A stretch of DNA of 64,000 bases from Eledone cirrhosa (GCA_964016885.1 OZ024765.1:11904001-11968000); one strand, 5' to 3'. Positions 29,154-43,586 are shown, counted from the first letter of the stretch. Notes: generated by a model from the sequence alone, not told the origin. A program made the numbers and translations.

Positions 29154-29611
29154 TATATAAGTATATATACATATTATATAAGTATATATGTATATATATG
29201 TATATATATGTATGTATACATATATGTATGTATATATATATGTATATTTATATGTATGTATATATATATGTATGTATACATATATATATATGTATACATA
29301 TATATATATGTATATATATATATGTATGTATACATATATGTATGTATACATATATATATATGTATACATATATATATATGTATATATATATATATATGTA
29401 TGTATACATATATATATGTATACATATATATATGTATATATATGTGTGTATATATATATATATATGTTTATAAATACATGTCTCGCCCATACAGAACTGA
29501 TTCTGGCATGTTATCTACAGCTGGATGCCCTTCCTAACACCAACCTCATTTACAGTGAGTAATCTTGCAAAACAAAAACGAAAATGAAGTATCTCTCACT
29601 TTATCTCTGTC

Positions 29612-29663
<52 letters not shown>

Positions 29664-29926
29664 TCATCATCATCATCGTTGCTGAGTGTTTATAGAATTG
29701 GATCCGCAATCGTGCAGTTGTGAGTTCGATCCCTGGACCGCGTTATGTCTTTGGGCAAGACACTTTATTTCACGTTGCTCCTTCTACCTGGAGTTGTGAC
29801 CGACAGATAATATTAGCAATTGGAAAGACCAATGGAAACGTTGTTTCCTCGGTCCGTTTTGACGGAAAGTCGATCGACTGTTATATATATCGTCATCATT
29901 GTTGTTTAACATCCATTTTCCATTCT

Positions 29927-29971
<45 letters not shown>

Positions 29972-29984
29972 TTTCTGTATATAT

Positions 29985-30162
29985 ATATAAGCAAAAGGGA
30001 TATTTTATTTGTTGATATGTCAATATTTATAAAACAAACTTTGTATTTTATCTGATGAGAGCGTACCAAAGTTTTGGTATCCTTGAAATATATATAATAT
30101 ATTTAATAGAATAAATATGGTTTTATAAATATAGTTTCCATTTATTAATATCATTGATATAT
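29985..30162 (+). mobile_element. Hammerhead-bearing element, family D
   Basis: Inverted tail AAGCAAAAGGGATATTTTATTTGTTG, then TAT-CTGATGA (30052)-GAGCGTACCAAA..TTTGGTATCCTT-GAA-ATATATAT-A-ATA; TA runs on both sides. Confidence 0.72.
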
Positions 30163-30327
30163 AGATATATATATTGTGGTTGGTGTTAGGGAGGGCATCC
30201 AGCCGTAGAAAACCTGCCAGATAGTCCTATCCGAGCGAAACACGGTCACTCGACCAACCTTGCCTCAAGTGGCACAACTCCCGTCTAACCCATGCTAGTG
30301 TGGAAGATGGACGTTAAACGATGATGA

Positions 30328-30397
<70 letters not shown>

Positions 30398-30809
30398 AGA
30401 GGGAGAGAGAGAGAGAGGAGGGGAGACAGAGAGAGAGAGAGAGGAGGGGAGTGGAGAGAGAGAGATGCTTTACTTTTGTATTTGTGTTTGCAAGATTTTT
30501 TATCTGAAAACCTGTGTTGAAACAGATATTGTTTTACTTCAAGAGGGCCATGTTTTGAATAAAAAAAAAACACGTACCCGATCGGTTTCACTTCAATTTA
30601 TTATAATTTCCCAGTCGTTTCGTTTTAATAACCGGATGGTTGTTTAGTTGTTGATTATCAAAGCTATTTCATCACAACATGTGAACTCCTCTGTGGTTAG
30701 TTTTGTTGTTGCTTTTGTCATCACAGAATATGTGACAAAAGAGCTATGACAAAAGAGCTATGACAATCAACAAATGATCAACCAATTATTAAACTAACCA
30801 ACTGGGAAA

Positions 30810-31377
30810 TCTATACTATAATAAAGGGAGGCATGCAGGACAGCATCTGTTTTATATTTTTTAATCGTGTTAGTAAAATAAGTTGAATTACTTTAAATTA
30901 ATAATGGATAAATATTACATAATTTATCTACTAAATTTCGTAGCTGTTGATTAAGCATAAATATTCTTACAAATGATTCCTTATTTTAAGATTCACTTCT
31001 TTTAAAATTTTCAAATGTCTACACTTCCGGTTATGATATAACGGACACTATTTTATATCGCTTATAGAAACATTCATATATTTGCATCGTTATATAATGT
31101 TTATATTTCTGTCACTAATTTTCTCCTTTTTTGTTTTCATAACATTTCACCGTAATGCAGTTTATATATAATATCGTCTTTTTTAAATGTATCATGGATT
31201 ACTTTACTGATTACATAAGACAGTGTAACACAATCTCTCTTCAATTTCTGTACATATTGTCAATTACGATTTTATTTGACATATCATATCAACATGCATA
31301 TATATTTGCATATAATATTAATATGCACACTACACATGCTAGCAGAAAAACCCATTGGAGGGTGGTTTTTCTGCAAG
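30810..31377 (+). mobile_element. Non-autonomous Helitron-like element
   Basis: A|TCTATACTATAATAAAG start; subterminal hairpin GCAGAAAAACC..GGTTTTTCTGC ending CAAG|T (CTAG variant); inverted related copy at about 53800-54285. Confidence 0.7.
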
Positions 31378-31662
31378 TTATAATAAATCAATGAAGTGAA
31401 TGAAACCCAACAGGTGCAAGTGTTTTTCTATTGGCAGTATGCTTGAAAGCTTGCCAAAACAAGAGGTTAGGAGGATCCTTCAGTTGGTCTCAAAAGACAC
31501 AACAACTTCTCCACTGTATTCGATAATAACCATACATGAGTGGGTTAAAGGCCTTCTTGGCCTGTCTGGGATGTCAGTAGCCCTGCTTCAGTACTGACTT
31601 GGTCTATGTAGACCTGTCTAACGCTTTCTAGCAGGGAAAGCAGACATTAAATGATGATGAGG

Positions 31663-31732
<70 letters not shown>

Positions 31733-31898
31733 TATATAAGGTGCAAATTAATTGCGTCCATAGGTGGTATGCTGAATGAGCAGTCAGGTTCGAACACTAA
31801 TAGATCGTTCTTCGAGCTGATCGACAATGAAACATATGTAATATGAAATTAAATATGTATATGATACAACACTGATTCTTTGATCCCTTATATGTTAA

Positions 31899-31950
<52 letters not shown>

Positions 31951-32049
31951 AGGGAGTGTAACGTGAAGTTACTATAGGTTCACCCAGGTGAACACTAGAT
32001 GTTTAGGTTCACATCAGTGGCAAAGTGTAGAGCTAAACAGAGTGTAATA

Positions 32050-32513
32050 TAATAATACAAGGACGATTTGTTAAGCCTTCATTATGTTTATTGATCAGTG
32101 GATTGGCAGTATCGGTAGAGGGTCGGACGCCATGCTTTGACGCATAGAGTTACGGCCCTTGCCATTCTGAGTTCAAATCCCGCCGAGGTTAACTTTGCCT
32201 TTCATCCTTATGGGGTCGATAAAATAAAGTACCAGTAATACACTGGGTAATTGCTGGCCTTGTGCCAAAAGTAGAAACAATTATGTTCATTGATCAGCTC
32301 AAGGTTCAATCAGTATCGACCTGGCCCAACTCTGGAATCAAAAGCTCATCGGATTTGTCTATACTTTATCTGTTCATTCTGTCATTACAACAGCAGAGGG
32401 CTGACGAGCTTTTGATTCCAGATCAATACAGATCGAACCTTCAGCTGATCAATAGCAAAACGCGCATCACCAATCAATAAAAGTAATGAAGACTTAACAA
32501 ATCGTCCTTATAT

Positions 32514-32518
<5 letters not shown>
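32050..32518. mobile_element. Fold-back hammerhead element, family E, with a SINE inserted in its left arm
   Basis: Ends CAAGGACGATTTGTTAAG / CTTAACAAATCGTCCTTA; core CTGACGA (32401)-GCTTTTGAT..ATCAATAGC-AAAA-CGCGCA-TC; SINE TSD ATTATGTT(T/C)ATTGATCAG at 32081 and 32280. Confidence 0.75.
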
Positions 32519-32552
<34 letters not shown>

Positions 32553-34194
32553 GAGAGGGAGAGGAAATTGATAATATTACTAAATTATTATTATTCTCGA
32601 CATAAGGGCGGTGGATTGGCAGTATCAGTAGAGGGTCGGACACCATGCTTTGCAGCAAAGAGTTACGTCCCTTTATGGTCTGAGTTCAAATCCCGCCGAG
32701 GTTAACTTTACCTTTCATCCTTACAGGGTGGATAAAATAAAGTACCAGTAATACACTGGGATAATTGCTGGCCTTGTGCCAAAAGTAGAAACAATTATTA
32801 TTCTCAAAATACCATTACAATGTTAATACAGTGTCGGTATTATAATATAGATTATCAAATGCAGAAATATCTTACATAAACACATCATAATTAAAGTGCA
32901 AGATATCTTTATCCTGTTACTATTACAATCTTGATATCATTATCATCATGGTATTACCACACTCTTCATATCATCACTGCTCTATAAACAACATTTACAA
33001 TATCACCAATATGTTTACTAAATTATAGATATATCTTTGTCTCATGACATCCCAGATATCATTACAATTTTACTACTATCTGGATATCATTTCAGTACTT
33101 GTGATATATTTTTAATATCAAATATCATCAATGTTTTGACTATATCTTGTATTATCACACCATCACTATTTTCAATATAACCATGATATTTCTATACCCT
33201 GTATATCACCCGTGTTATATTAGATTTTCGATATTCCGATATCATCATGATATTTCAACATTTTGGATATCATCCCAGCATTTGTATTAGATTTTCGCTA
33301 TCATGGCATCCTTATTTTCAATATCATCATGATATTTTTACACCCTGTATATCACAATATGTTTATATTAGATTTTCGATATCACACAATCACCAATTTG
33401 GATACCATCATGATAATTCTACATTCTGGATATCATCCCAGCATTTGTATTAGATTTTTGCTATCATGCCATCATTATTTAATACGTTCATGGTATTATT
33501 ACATTGTGAATATCACTGTAATAATTGTATCAAATTTTTTATATCACCATAGTTTTGGCTATATTTTGAATATCTCACCACCACCATTTTCAATGACTTC
33601 ATGATATATATATCACCCTTGTTCATATTAGATTTTCGATATCACACATTTACAATTTTCAATATGATCACGATATTACTACATTGTGGATACCACCCTT
33701 ATAAGTATATCATATTTATGATATCACCATAGTTTTGTCTATATTCTGAATATCACACCATTACTAATTTTAATATCTGCATCACATTCTACATCATGGA
33801 TATCATCTCTCTTCCATAATGTGATATTCTGTAATACATATACATAATAACCTAAGTACATCATGTTGGATATCATCATAATGATATCACTTTCAACATA
33901 CAATCTTATTTCTGATATTCTTAATATCACATTTCCGATATCCTCACGACAATTATTCTTTATACCATCCAAATATTTCTACAACTCTGATATCATTGTT
34001 TTGTGGATAATTATATATAGTGTATGCATTTTATATCATACTCAGGTTACTATATCATGGATATTACCATCATGTTTCTAAAATCCCCACCACCACCACA
34101 ATATCTTCATCATGTTTTTCACTACACTTCCAATACCATCATTATTATTGATATTCCATACCATCAATATCGTCAAATATATTCTGGATATCAT

Positions 34195-34580
34195 CACTAT
34201 ATGTAATGCAATATATGTGAATAACTTAACTGCTTGACTTGAATGTTTTCCTAGTCCCTCCCTCATTTCTTTACAAAGTCTCAAATATCAGGTCCCTGAC
34301 ACCAGGCAGGTATCACTCAATTCAATAAACACCACCAATATCATCACTATATGTGGACAACTTGACTATGTTTTCCTAGTCCCTCCCTCGTTTCTTTACA
34401 AAGTCTCAAATATTAGGTCCCTGACACCAGGCAGATATCACTCAAATCAATAAACACCACCAATGTCATCACTATATGTGGACAACTTGACTACTTGACT
34501 TGACTATGTTTTCTTAGTCCCTCCCTCGTTTCTTCACAGAGTCTCTAATAACAGGTCCCTGATACCAAGCACCACCAACT
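34195..34580. repeat. About 125-bp tandem repeat, 3 copies, just downstream of the stop codon (putative 3' UTR)
   Basis: GTTTTC(C/T)TAGTCCCTCCCTC at 34245, 34370 and 34508. Confidence 0.88.
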
Positions 34581-34626
34581 ACCTATGCACTGAAAATGGG
34601 GTGGAGGGGGAGGTAAAAACATCAGG

Positions 34627-35649
34627 TCATAGTTCTACATCTGCTGGGATCTGGGGGTCACTATCACAGTTTCCCATTTCCTGTCTCATTGCTATGTCTT
34701 GTGCGTGCCTCAGACGCATCTGTTCCAGGCTACGCCGCCTTGTGATGAGACCGATGTAAGTGGCTTCTTGATCGATGCTGTCAAAGGCGGGGTGGTTTCG
34801 TTTCTTACTTTTGTGGGAGTGTTTGGAGGACCTTTGAGGTACAGTGAAGGAAGGTGACCTAGAGTGAGTTACCTGTAAGTAGCCGGCATACATTTTCCGT
34901 TTGTTTTGCTCTCTGCATTTCCTCTTCTTTTGTCTTTCCCTTTGTTTCGAGTGCACATTAGACCTGGAACGTGAAGAAGTACTGCTCAAGTGAAACCTAT
35001 CCTTGACGCCAGCAACTATTTGATGCATGTTCATTGAAGAGCTCGATTCTATCTCACGCTTCTCCTTCTCTGTAGAAGGTGTATTTAGCGAGAATCGCCT
35101 CAACAACTGTTTCTTCTTTGGTGAGTCCGTTCTCTCAGGAGTAAACATCGAAGACCGTCTTTCATACACATGTTTCATTTTCCCCTTCGTCGTCTTTTCC
35201 GGGTGCCTATTATTCTGGTTATGGTTCAACGCTCTTATTTCAGGTAGTTTTTTGCGTAGATAAGGCCACCAGGAACGATAATTTGTAAACGACGAACGCC
35301 TTTGATTTTGCTTGCTGCCGACATCCATGCTTTGTTTTCTCATCTCCCGTGCTTCTGTAATGCGATCCTTATAAGACTGCTCACTAGTCCCTGGCAGATT
35401 TGAGGTCTGCGAAACAGATTTCTTTTCTCCATCATCCCCGCTACTACTTCCACCCACACGAAACAAACGCCCAATAATTTCAGACAACGAAGATGTGCTC
35501 ATTCCTGAAGTTGTTGAAGCTTTCCTCTTATCATAATCCTTTTGGGGAAGCTCAGCTAAAACTTCATCCTCAACATCATCAGTTATGGTCTCCATGGGAA
35601 CCAAAGTTTGTTCCGGTGATTGTTCCTCAGGTTCACTCATATTTGGCTT
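34627..35649 (-). CDS. Terminal coding exon of an unidentified host gene; Ser/Arg/Lys-rich, probably disordered, 337+ aa
   Basis: 1-kb non-repetitive ORF with raised GC; acceptor CATTTCTAATCTTTTTACAG|AAGCCAAAT-ATG with branch-like CTAAT; 9 in-frame nt precede the ATG, so this is either the first coding exon or a phase-0 continuation; no domain recognised. Confidence 0.8.
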   Translation of the reverse strand, partial: KPNMSEPEEQSPEQTLVPMETITDDVEDEVLAELPQKDYDKRKASTTSGMSTSSLSEIIGRLFRVGGSSSGDDGEKKSVSQTSNLPGTSEQSYKDRITEAREMRKQSMDVGSKQNQRRSSFTNYRSWWPYLRKKLPEIRALNHNQNNRHPEKTTKGKMKHVYERRSSMFTPERTDSPKKKQLLRRFSLNTPSTEKEKREIESSSSMNMHQIVAGVKDRFHLSSTSSRSRSNVHSKQRERQKKRKCREQNKRKMYAGYLQVTHSRSPSFTVPQRSSKHSHKSKKRNHPAFDSIDQEATYIGLITRRRSLEQMRLRHAQDIAMRQEMGNCDSDPQIPADVEL

Positions 35650-35704
35650 CTGTAAAAAGATTAGAAATGAGTTGTAAAATAAGTCTGGAGATATTTATAT
35701 TTTT

Positions 35705-38700
35705 CAAGAGGTATCATCAGAAATTGACCAAAGTGCTCCAGGAAGGATGTGTTTTCTGGGATAACTTGCTGAGAAAGCTCCAGGAAGGTGCATCAAGGAT
35801 ATATTTTCTAGGCTAACTTGGTTAGAAAGTGAACAAGCTGCATCAAAGATATGTTTTCTGGGATAACTTGGCAAGAAAGTTCCAGGAAGGTGCATCAAGG
35901 ATATTTTTCTAGGCTAACGTGGTTAGAAAGTGAACAAGCTGCATCAAAGATATGTTTTCTGGGATAACTTGCTGAGAAAGCTCCAGGAAGGTGCATCAAG
36001 GATATATTTTCTAGGCTAACTTGGTTAGAAAGTGAACAAGCTGCATCAAAGATATGTTTTCTGGGATAACTTGGCAAGAAAGTTCCAGGAAGGTGCATCA
36101 AGGATATTTTTCTAGGCTAACGTGGTTAGAAAGTGAACAAGCTGCATCAAAGATATGTTTTCTGGGATAACTTGGCAAGAAAGTTCCAGGAAGGTGCATC
36201 AAGGATATATTTTCTAGGCTAACGTGGTTAGAAATTGAACAAGCTGCATCAAAGATATGTTTTCTGGGATAACTTGGCAAGAAAGTTCCAGGAAGGTGCA
36301 TCAAGGATATTTTTCTAGGCTAACGTGGTTAGAAAGTGAACAAGCTGCATCAAAGATATGTTTTCTGGGATAACTTGGCAAGAAAGTTCCAGGAAGGTGC
36401 ATCAAGGATATTTTTCTAGGCTAACGTGGTTAGAAAGTGAACAAGCTGCATCAAAGATATGTTTTCTGGGATAACTTGGCAAGAAAGTTCCAGGAAGGTG
36501 CATCAAGGATATTTTTCTAGGCTAACGTGGTTAGAAAGTGAACAAGCTGCATCAAAGATATGTTTTCTGGGATAACTTGGCAAGAAAGTTCCAGGAAGGT
36601 GCATCAAGGATATTTTTCTAGGCTAACGTGGTTAGAAAGTGAACAAGCTGCATCAAAGATATGTTTTCTGGGATAACTTGGCAAGAAAGTTCCAGGAAGG
36701 TGCATCAAGGATATATTTTCTAGGCTAACGTGGTTAGAAAGTGAACAAGCTGCATCAAAGATATGTTTTCTGGGATAACTTGGCAAGAAAGTTCCAGGAA
36801 GGTGCATCAAGGATATTTTTCTAGGCTAACGTGGTTAGAAAGTGAACAAGCTGCATCAAAGATATGTTTTCTGGGATAACTTGGCAAGAAAGTTCCAGGA
36901 AGGTGCATCAAGGATATATTTTCTAGGCTCACGTGGTTAGAAAGTGAACAAGCTGCATCAAAGATATGTTTTCTGGGATAACTTGGCAAGAAAGTTCCAG
37001 GAAGGTGCATCAAGGATATATTTTCTAGGCTAACTTGGTTAGAAAGTGAACAAGCTGCATCAAAGATGTATATTTCTAGGATAACATGGTTAGAATTTGT
37101 GTCAGATGTATATTTTGGGCTAACTTGGTCAGAAATTGAGGATATGTTTTCTGGGATAACTTGGTGAGAAAGTTCCAGAAAGTGAATTAGGAGTGAATAT
37201 TTTCTGGGTCATCTTGATTAGAAATTCCAGCAATGTGCATCAAAGACATATTTTCTAGGCTAAGTTGATTAGAAATTGTATCAGATGTATATTTTCTAGG
37301 CTAACATGGTTAGAAATTGACCACGGTGCATCAGGAAGGATGTGTTTTCTGGGATAACTTGGTGAAAAAATTGTGTCAGATGTATATTTTCTGGGCTAAC
37401 TTGGTTAGAAAGTGAACAATGTACATCAGGAAAGATATGTTTCTGGGGTAACTTGGTTAGAAAATTCCAGCAAGGTAAATTAGGAATGAATATTTTCTGG
37501 CTCAGCTTGGTTAGAAAATAAACAAGGTGCATCAAAGATATATTTTCTGGGTTAACTTGGTTAAAAATTATGTCAGGTGTATATTTTCTGGGCTAACTTG
37601 GTCAGAAATTGACCAAGGTACATCAAAGAAATTGAGTTATGTGCATTATGAGTTATGTGCATTAGGTTTTCTGGGGTAACTTGGCAAGAAATTTACCAGG
37701 GTACATCAAATATATATTTTCTGGTATACATATTAGAAAATTCCGGCAAGGTGCATTGAGAGGATGTGTTTTCTGGGACTCTTTGATTAGAAATATTCCA
37801 GCAAGGTGTAGCAGAAATAAATATTGATTGGAAACATTGATGAAAAGGTATATCAATATTAAACAGTCTATGGAACATAAGCTGTAAATTGAACAAATTG
37901 TATCAAGAAGAAAATACATTGAATATCAATAACTTGGTTAGAAATTGTCAAAGGTGTATTAGAGATTATTTTCTGGAAAACTTGGTTTGAAATTCCAGCA
38001 AGATGAATTAGGAGTAAATATTTTCTGGCATAATTGGTAGTAAATATAACATTGGGAAGGGTGTGCTTTCTACAATAACTTGGTGAGAAATTTCAGCAAA
38101 ATACATCAGAATTAAACTGTCTGTGGATTGAACAACCTCTATGTAGTCAGAATTAGTTTGAAGACCTCAGCTACAAATTGAGTAAAGTGCATAAAAAATA
38201 TACTTTCTGGCCTAACTTGGTTAGAAAATTCCAGCAAGGTGCATCAAAGAAATTGAGTTATATGCATTAGGTGCACATTTTCTGGGGTAACTTGATAAGA
38301 AATTGACCAGGGCACATGAAAGAAATTGAGTTATGTGCAATTAGGTGTATATTTTCTGGGGTAACTTGGTAAGAAATTGACTAAGGTGCATATGGAAGGG
38401 TGTGTTTTCTAGGGTAACTTGGTGAGAAATATACCAAGGTACAGCAGGAAGGGTGTGTTTTCTGGAATAACTTGGTTAAAAATATACCAAGGTGCAGCAG
38501 GAAGGGTGTGTTTTCTGGGGTAACTTGGTAATAAATTGACCAAGGAGTATCAGGAAGGGTGTGTTTTCTGGGGTAACTTGGTGAGAAATATACCAAGGTA
38601 CATCAGGAAAGATGTGTTTTCTGGGGTAACTTGGTAACAAATTGACCAAGGAGTATCAGGAAGGGTGTGTTTTCTGGGATAACTTGGTTAGAAATATACC

Positions 38701-40859
38701 AAGGTACATCAGGAAGGGTGTGTTTTCTGGGATAACTTCATGAGAAATTGACCAAGGAGTATCAGGAAGGGTGTGTTTTCTGGGATAACTTGGTAAGAAA
38801 TTGACCAAGATGTATTAGGGATATATTTTCTGGAAAACCTGGGCAAAGTGCATTCGGTTTATATTGTCTAATACAGGATGGTAAGAAATTGAGTAAGGTA
38901 CATCAAAAATCTATTTTCTGGGATTACATGATTAGAAATTTCATGCAGTATACATTTTCTTCAATAATTTGGTTACAAATTAAAGCAGCTACATCATGAG
39001 TGAATTCTTTTGTTTTCAATACATTGAATATAATTGACAAAGTGCTTCAGATATACATTTTGGGGAATGACTTGGCTAAACATTAACCAAGGTGCTCCAG
39101 GGTGCTGAATTTAGGATACATTGGTTTAGTGTATAAAGAGTGAAGTTTTCAGACAACATGGTTTAGATATAGCTTTGTTATATGATATGATATGGACCTG
39201 TAACTCCTGAGGGTGCCGCAGGGGTGCCACATTGACATACAGCATTTCTAGAACATTTTTAACCTGTTGACTTCCACATATATTTTACACAGCTACATTT
39301 GCTGTGCCGGGTTTTTTTGTCAGTAAAATGACTATTTTTTTAAACAAACATTTATTAACAACACATATCTGAATGATTGACGAATGTCACATCAATAAAC
39401 TAGTAACCCCATCTAGCTAAGAAGTTATGTGCATTAGGTGTATATTTTCTAGGATAACTTGGTAAGAAATTGAGCAAGGTACATCAAAGAAATTGAGTTA
39501 TGAACTGTTGGAAACGAATTCATAACTTTGAAGTTATGAACTGTTGGAAAGGAGTTCAAACATGTTAGGATGAATTATTTCATCTACGACACTGAAGGGG
39601 TTAAAACCAGGTAAGGCCCATCTCATCACCAGCATTTGTTGCTGTATTTCTAGTGAAATACTCTGTCTTGTGATGGAAAGAAAGTGGACAGCATCCATTT
39701 CTAAGAAATGAAGGAAGGAATTTAAGAAAACTGCAATAGAACAGAAGATGAAGTAAAGGAGAAAGGAGATGAAATTAAGGAGAGAAGAATGACTGCTGAG
39801 GAAGAAGAAACAAAATCATCCAACACTGTTCACTTTGTTCCATTTCTAGGGGCTGATGTACCCTACTTATTTGACTATTCTTCAAAAGCCTGTGTTGAAG
39901 CTGTTAATTTTAAGCTAACATACATTCAAAATTTATAATTCCCACAACACTTCTAAACATATGATGGCTTACTATATGTTTGAAATAATTTTGAAAAAAT
40001 CATAAACTTTGGAGAAATTTAATAAAATACCATACATTTTTTTTATTAGCAAGCTGTCGTTTGAAACATCATTTAACAAACATTTATTTTAAAAGGTTAT
40101 GATGGAAAGATTTTAATGTATATATGAACACTTTAAAATGAGTAGTTTTACATCATAAAACCATGACTGGTTTCAGGTGAGTTAATATAAAAAGAGTTAA
40201 TGAAGGTGATCTAAGCGAGAATATTTTAAAATTATGCTGGGCAGGTATTGACCAAAGTGTTCTCGGGGTGATCAAATATTGACCATGATACATCAGGAGT
40301 AATTCTTTTTTTTTAGAATACACTCATTAGGTATTAACCTAGAAGTATCAGAAGTGAATTTTTCGCTATCTGATGGTCAGAAATTGACCAAGATACAACA
40401 GGAGGGAGTTTTCTAAGCTTACACTGGTCAAAACTTGACCAGGAGTTTTATAAGCCTACAGTAGTCAAAAAGAAATCAACATACATAAGAAGGTAGTTTT
40501 TTCAGCCTATACTGGTCAGAAATTGACCAAGAAACACCAGCAGGGAGTTTTGTTATCCTAGACTGGTCTAATTGATGAAGATACTTTAGGAGGTAGTTTT
40601 CTTACCCTGCACTGGTCAGAAATTCACCAAGATATATATGGAATAGATTTTTGAACCTATAATGGAATCGTACATAAGGAGATAGTTTTTTCAGCCTAGA
40701 CTGGTCAAAAATTAATCAAGATACATAAGGAATGGATTTTTTTGAGACTGCACTGTTTAGAAATTGATCAAGATATATAAGAAATAGATTTTGATGCATA
40801 TAACGGTGAGAAATTGATCAAGATATGAAGAAATACATTTATTGGCCTACACGGGTCAA
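35705..40859. repeat. Intronic satellite: about 50-bp monomer homogenised as 101/102-bp dimers (35790-37070), decaying distally with interspersed MITE remnants
   Basis: Alternating subunits GCATCAAGGATATTTTTCTAGGCTAAC.. and GCATCAAAGATATGTTTTCTGGGATAAC..; repeated 68-aa ORFs at 203-bp spacing. Confidence 0.92.
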
Positions 40860-41059
40860 NNNNNNNNNNNNNNNNNNNNNNNNNNNNNNNNNNNNNNNNN
40901 NNNNNNNNNNNNNNNNNNNNNNNNNNNNNNNNNNNNNNNNNNNNNNNNNNNNNNNNNNNNNNNNNNNNNNNNNNNNNNNNNNNNNNNNNNNNNNNNNNNN
41001 NNNNNNNNNNNNNNNNNNNNNNNNNNNNNNNNNNNNNNNNNNNNNNNNNNNNNNNNNNN
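40860..41059. other. Assembly gap (200 N)
   Basis: Run of N. Confidence 0.99.
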
Positions 41060-41579
41060 ACTAACTCTGTTGTTAATTAGGTACAGTTGTTCCTCTAGCT
41101 GTCTGTTTCAGATTTTCACTGAGACAGAATCCAGATCCTCAGCATATATTTACTCCATTTTCTAATGATTGTATCTTTTTATTTGAATGTGAAAGAATTG
41201 CAAAAGAGATGAAGAAGGAAGAGTAAGAAGTATAGAGATAGGGGAAGGTTTTAGCAATAAATGGTTGGGAATGGAAAAATAATAGTTAATAAAGAGGGTA
41301 AATAGACATATCTAGGAAAATTAAAGGAAACTGTTTAAGGGCGCACATACAAGAAAGAGGAGAAAAATATAAAACATTGGGTTTGTATGTATGGCTTAGT
41401 GGTTAGAGTGTTGGTCTTCCAGTTGTGAGGTTGTGAGTTTTATTCTCAGATCAGGTGATGCGCTGCTTCCTTGAGCAAGACACTTTATTTCACGTTGCTC
41501 CAGTTTACTCAGTTGTAAGAAATGCGACGTGACTGGTACCAAGCTGTATTGGCTATTGTCTTTCTTCGGACGACACCAT

Positions 41580-42785
41580 ATATAGTGTATATATATAGAG
41601 TATAGAGTGTATAAATAGAGTATAGAGTGTATATATAGAGTATATAGTGTATATATATTGAGTATAGAGTGTATATATAGAGTATATAGTGAGTATATAG
41701 TGTGTATATATAGAGTATAGAGTGTATATATATAGAGTATAGAGTGTATATATAGAGTATATAGTGTATATATAGAGTATAGAGTGTATATATAGAGTAT
41801 AGAGTGTATATATAGAGTATAGAGTGTATATATAAAGTATAAAGTATATACATTGAGTATAGAGTGTATATATAGAGTATAGAGTGTATATATATAGAGT
41901 ATAGAGTGTATACATTGAGTATAGAGTGTATACATTGAGTATAGAGTGTATATATTGAGTATAGAGTGTATATATAGAGTATAGAGTGTATATATAGAGA
42001 ATAGAGTGTATATATAGAGTATAGAGTGTATATATAAAGTATAGAGTGTATACATTGAGTATAGAGTGTATATATAGAGTATAGAGTGTATATATAGAGT
42101 GTATATATTGAGTATAGAGTGTGTATATATAGAGTATAGAGTGTATATATAAAGTATAGAGTGTATACATTGAGTATAGAGTATATATATAGAGTATAGA
42201 GTGTATATATAGAGTGTATATATAAAGTATAGAGTGTATATATAGAGTATAGAGTGTATATATAGAGTATAGAGTGTATATATAGAGTATATAGTGTATA
42301 TATATAGAGTATAGAGTGTATATATAGAGTGTATATATAAAGTATAGAGTGTATATATAGAGTATAGAGTGTATATATAGAGTATAGAGTGTATATATAG
42401 AGTATAGAGTGTATATATAAAGTATAAAGTGTATATATTGAGTATAGAGTGTATATATTGAGTATAGAGTGTATATAGAGAGTATAGAGTGTATATATTG
42501 AGTATAGAGTGTATATATTGAGTATAGAGTGTATATAGAGAGTATAGAGTGTATATAGAGAGTATAGAGTGTATATATAGAGTGTATATATACAATATAA
42601 AGTGTATATATATAGTATACAGGGTGTATATATTGAGTATAGAGGGTGTATAACTAGAGTATAGGGTGTATATATTGAGTATAGAATTTATATATTGACT
42701 ATACAGGGTGTATATATTGAGTATAGAATTTATATATTGACTATACAGGGTGTATATATTGAGTATAGAGTGTATATATAGAGTT
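41580..42785. repeat. About 20-bp TATATAGAGTATAGAGTG minisatellite
   Basis: Direct reading; preceded by a SINE family 2 head at about 41390-41525. Confidence 0.93.
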
Positions 42786-43586
42786 GTGATGTCACTGGTG
42801 CCAAGCTGTATCTGACATTGCCCTGGACAACATCAGTGACATGGAGAGGGGGGGGGGGGAGACTGGTATGTATGGGTGACTGGTGGTCTTCCAGAAACAA
42901 CCTTGGTGGTGATGGTGGTAGAGGTGAGGGTGGTGGTGATGGTGGTGGTGGTGGTGGTGGTGGTTATGGTGGTAACGGTTGTTGTTATGGTGGTGGTGGT
43001 GGTAGAGTTGAGGGTGGTAACGGTTGTTGTTATGGTGGTGGCGGTGATGCTGAGGATGATGGTGGTGGTGGTGGTAGAGGTGAGGGTGGTAACGGTTGTT
43101 GTTACGGTGGTGGTAATGCTGATGATGATGATAGTGGTGGTGGTGGTGGTGGTGGTAACGGTTGTTGTTACGGTGGTGGCGGTGATGCTGAGGATGATGG
43201 TAGTGGTGGTGGTGATGGTGGTGGTGGTGGTGGTGGTGGTGATGGTAGAGGTGAGGGTGGTAAGGGTTGTTGTTACGGTGGTGGTAATGCTGATGATGAT
43301 CGTGGTGATGGTGGTGGTAACGGTTGTTGTTACGGTGGTGGCGGTGATGCTGAGGATGATGGTAGTGGTGGTGGTGATGGTGGTGGTGGTGGTGGTGGTG
43401 GTGATGGTAGAGGTGAGGGTGGTAAGGGTTGTTGTTACGGTGGTGGTAATGCTGATGATGATGGTGGTGATGGTGGTGGTGGTGGTAACGGTTGTTGTTA
43501 CGGTGGTGGCGGTGATGCTGAGGATGATGGTGGTGGTGGTGCTGATAATGTTGGTGGTAATGATGATGATGATGATGATGATGATG

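Noticed and set aside
35704-37013. Tandem 64-68-aa ORFs as a peptide gene cluster
   Set aside because: By-product of 101/102-bp satellite units whose lengths mostly break frame
41060-41190. Possible upstream exon of the minus-strand gene (GTTAGT donor-like site at the gap edge)
   Set aside because: All three minus-strand frames contain stops; it could only be UTR and cannot be supported from sequence alone
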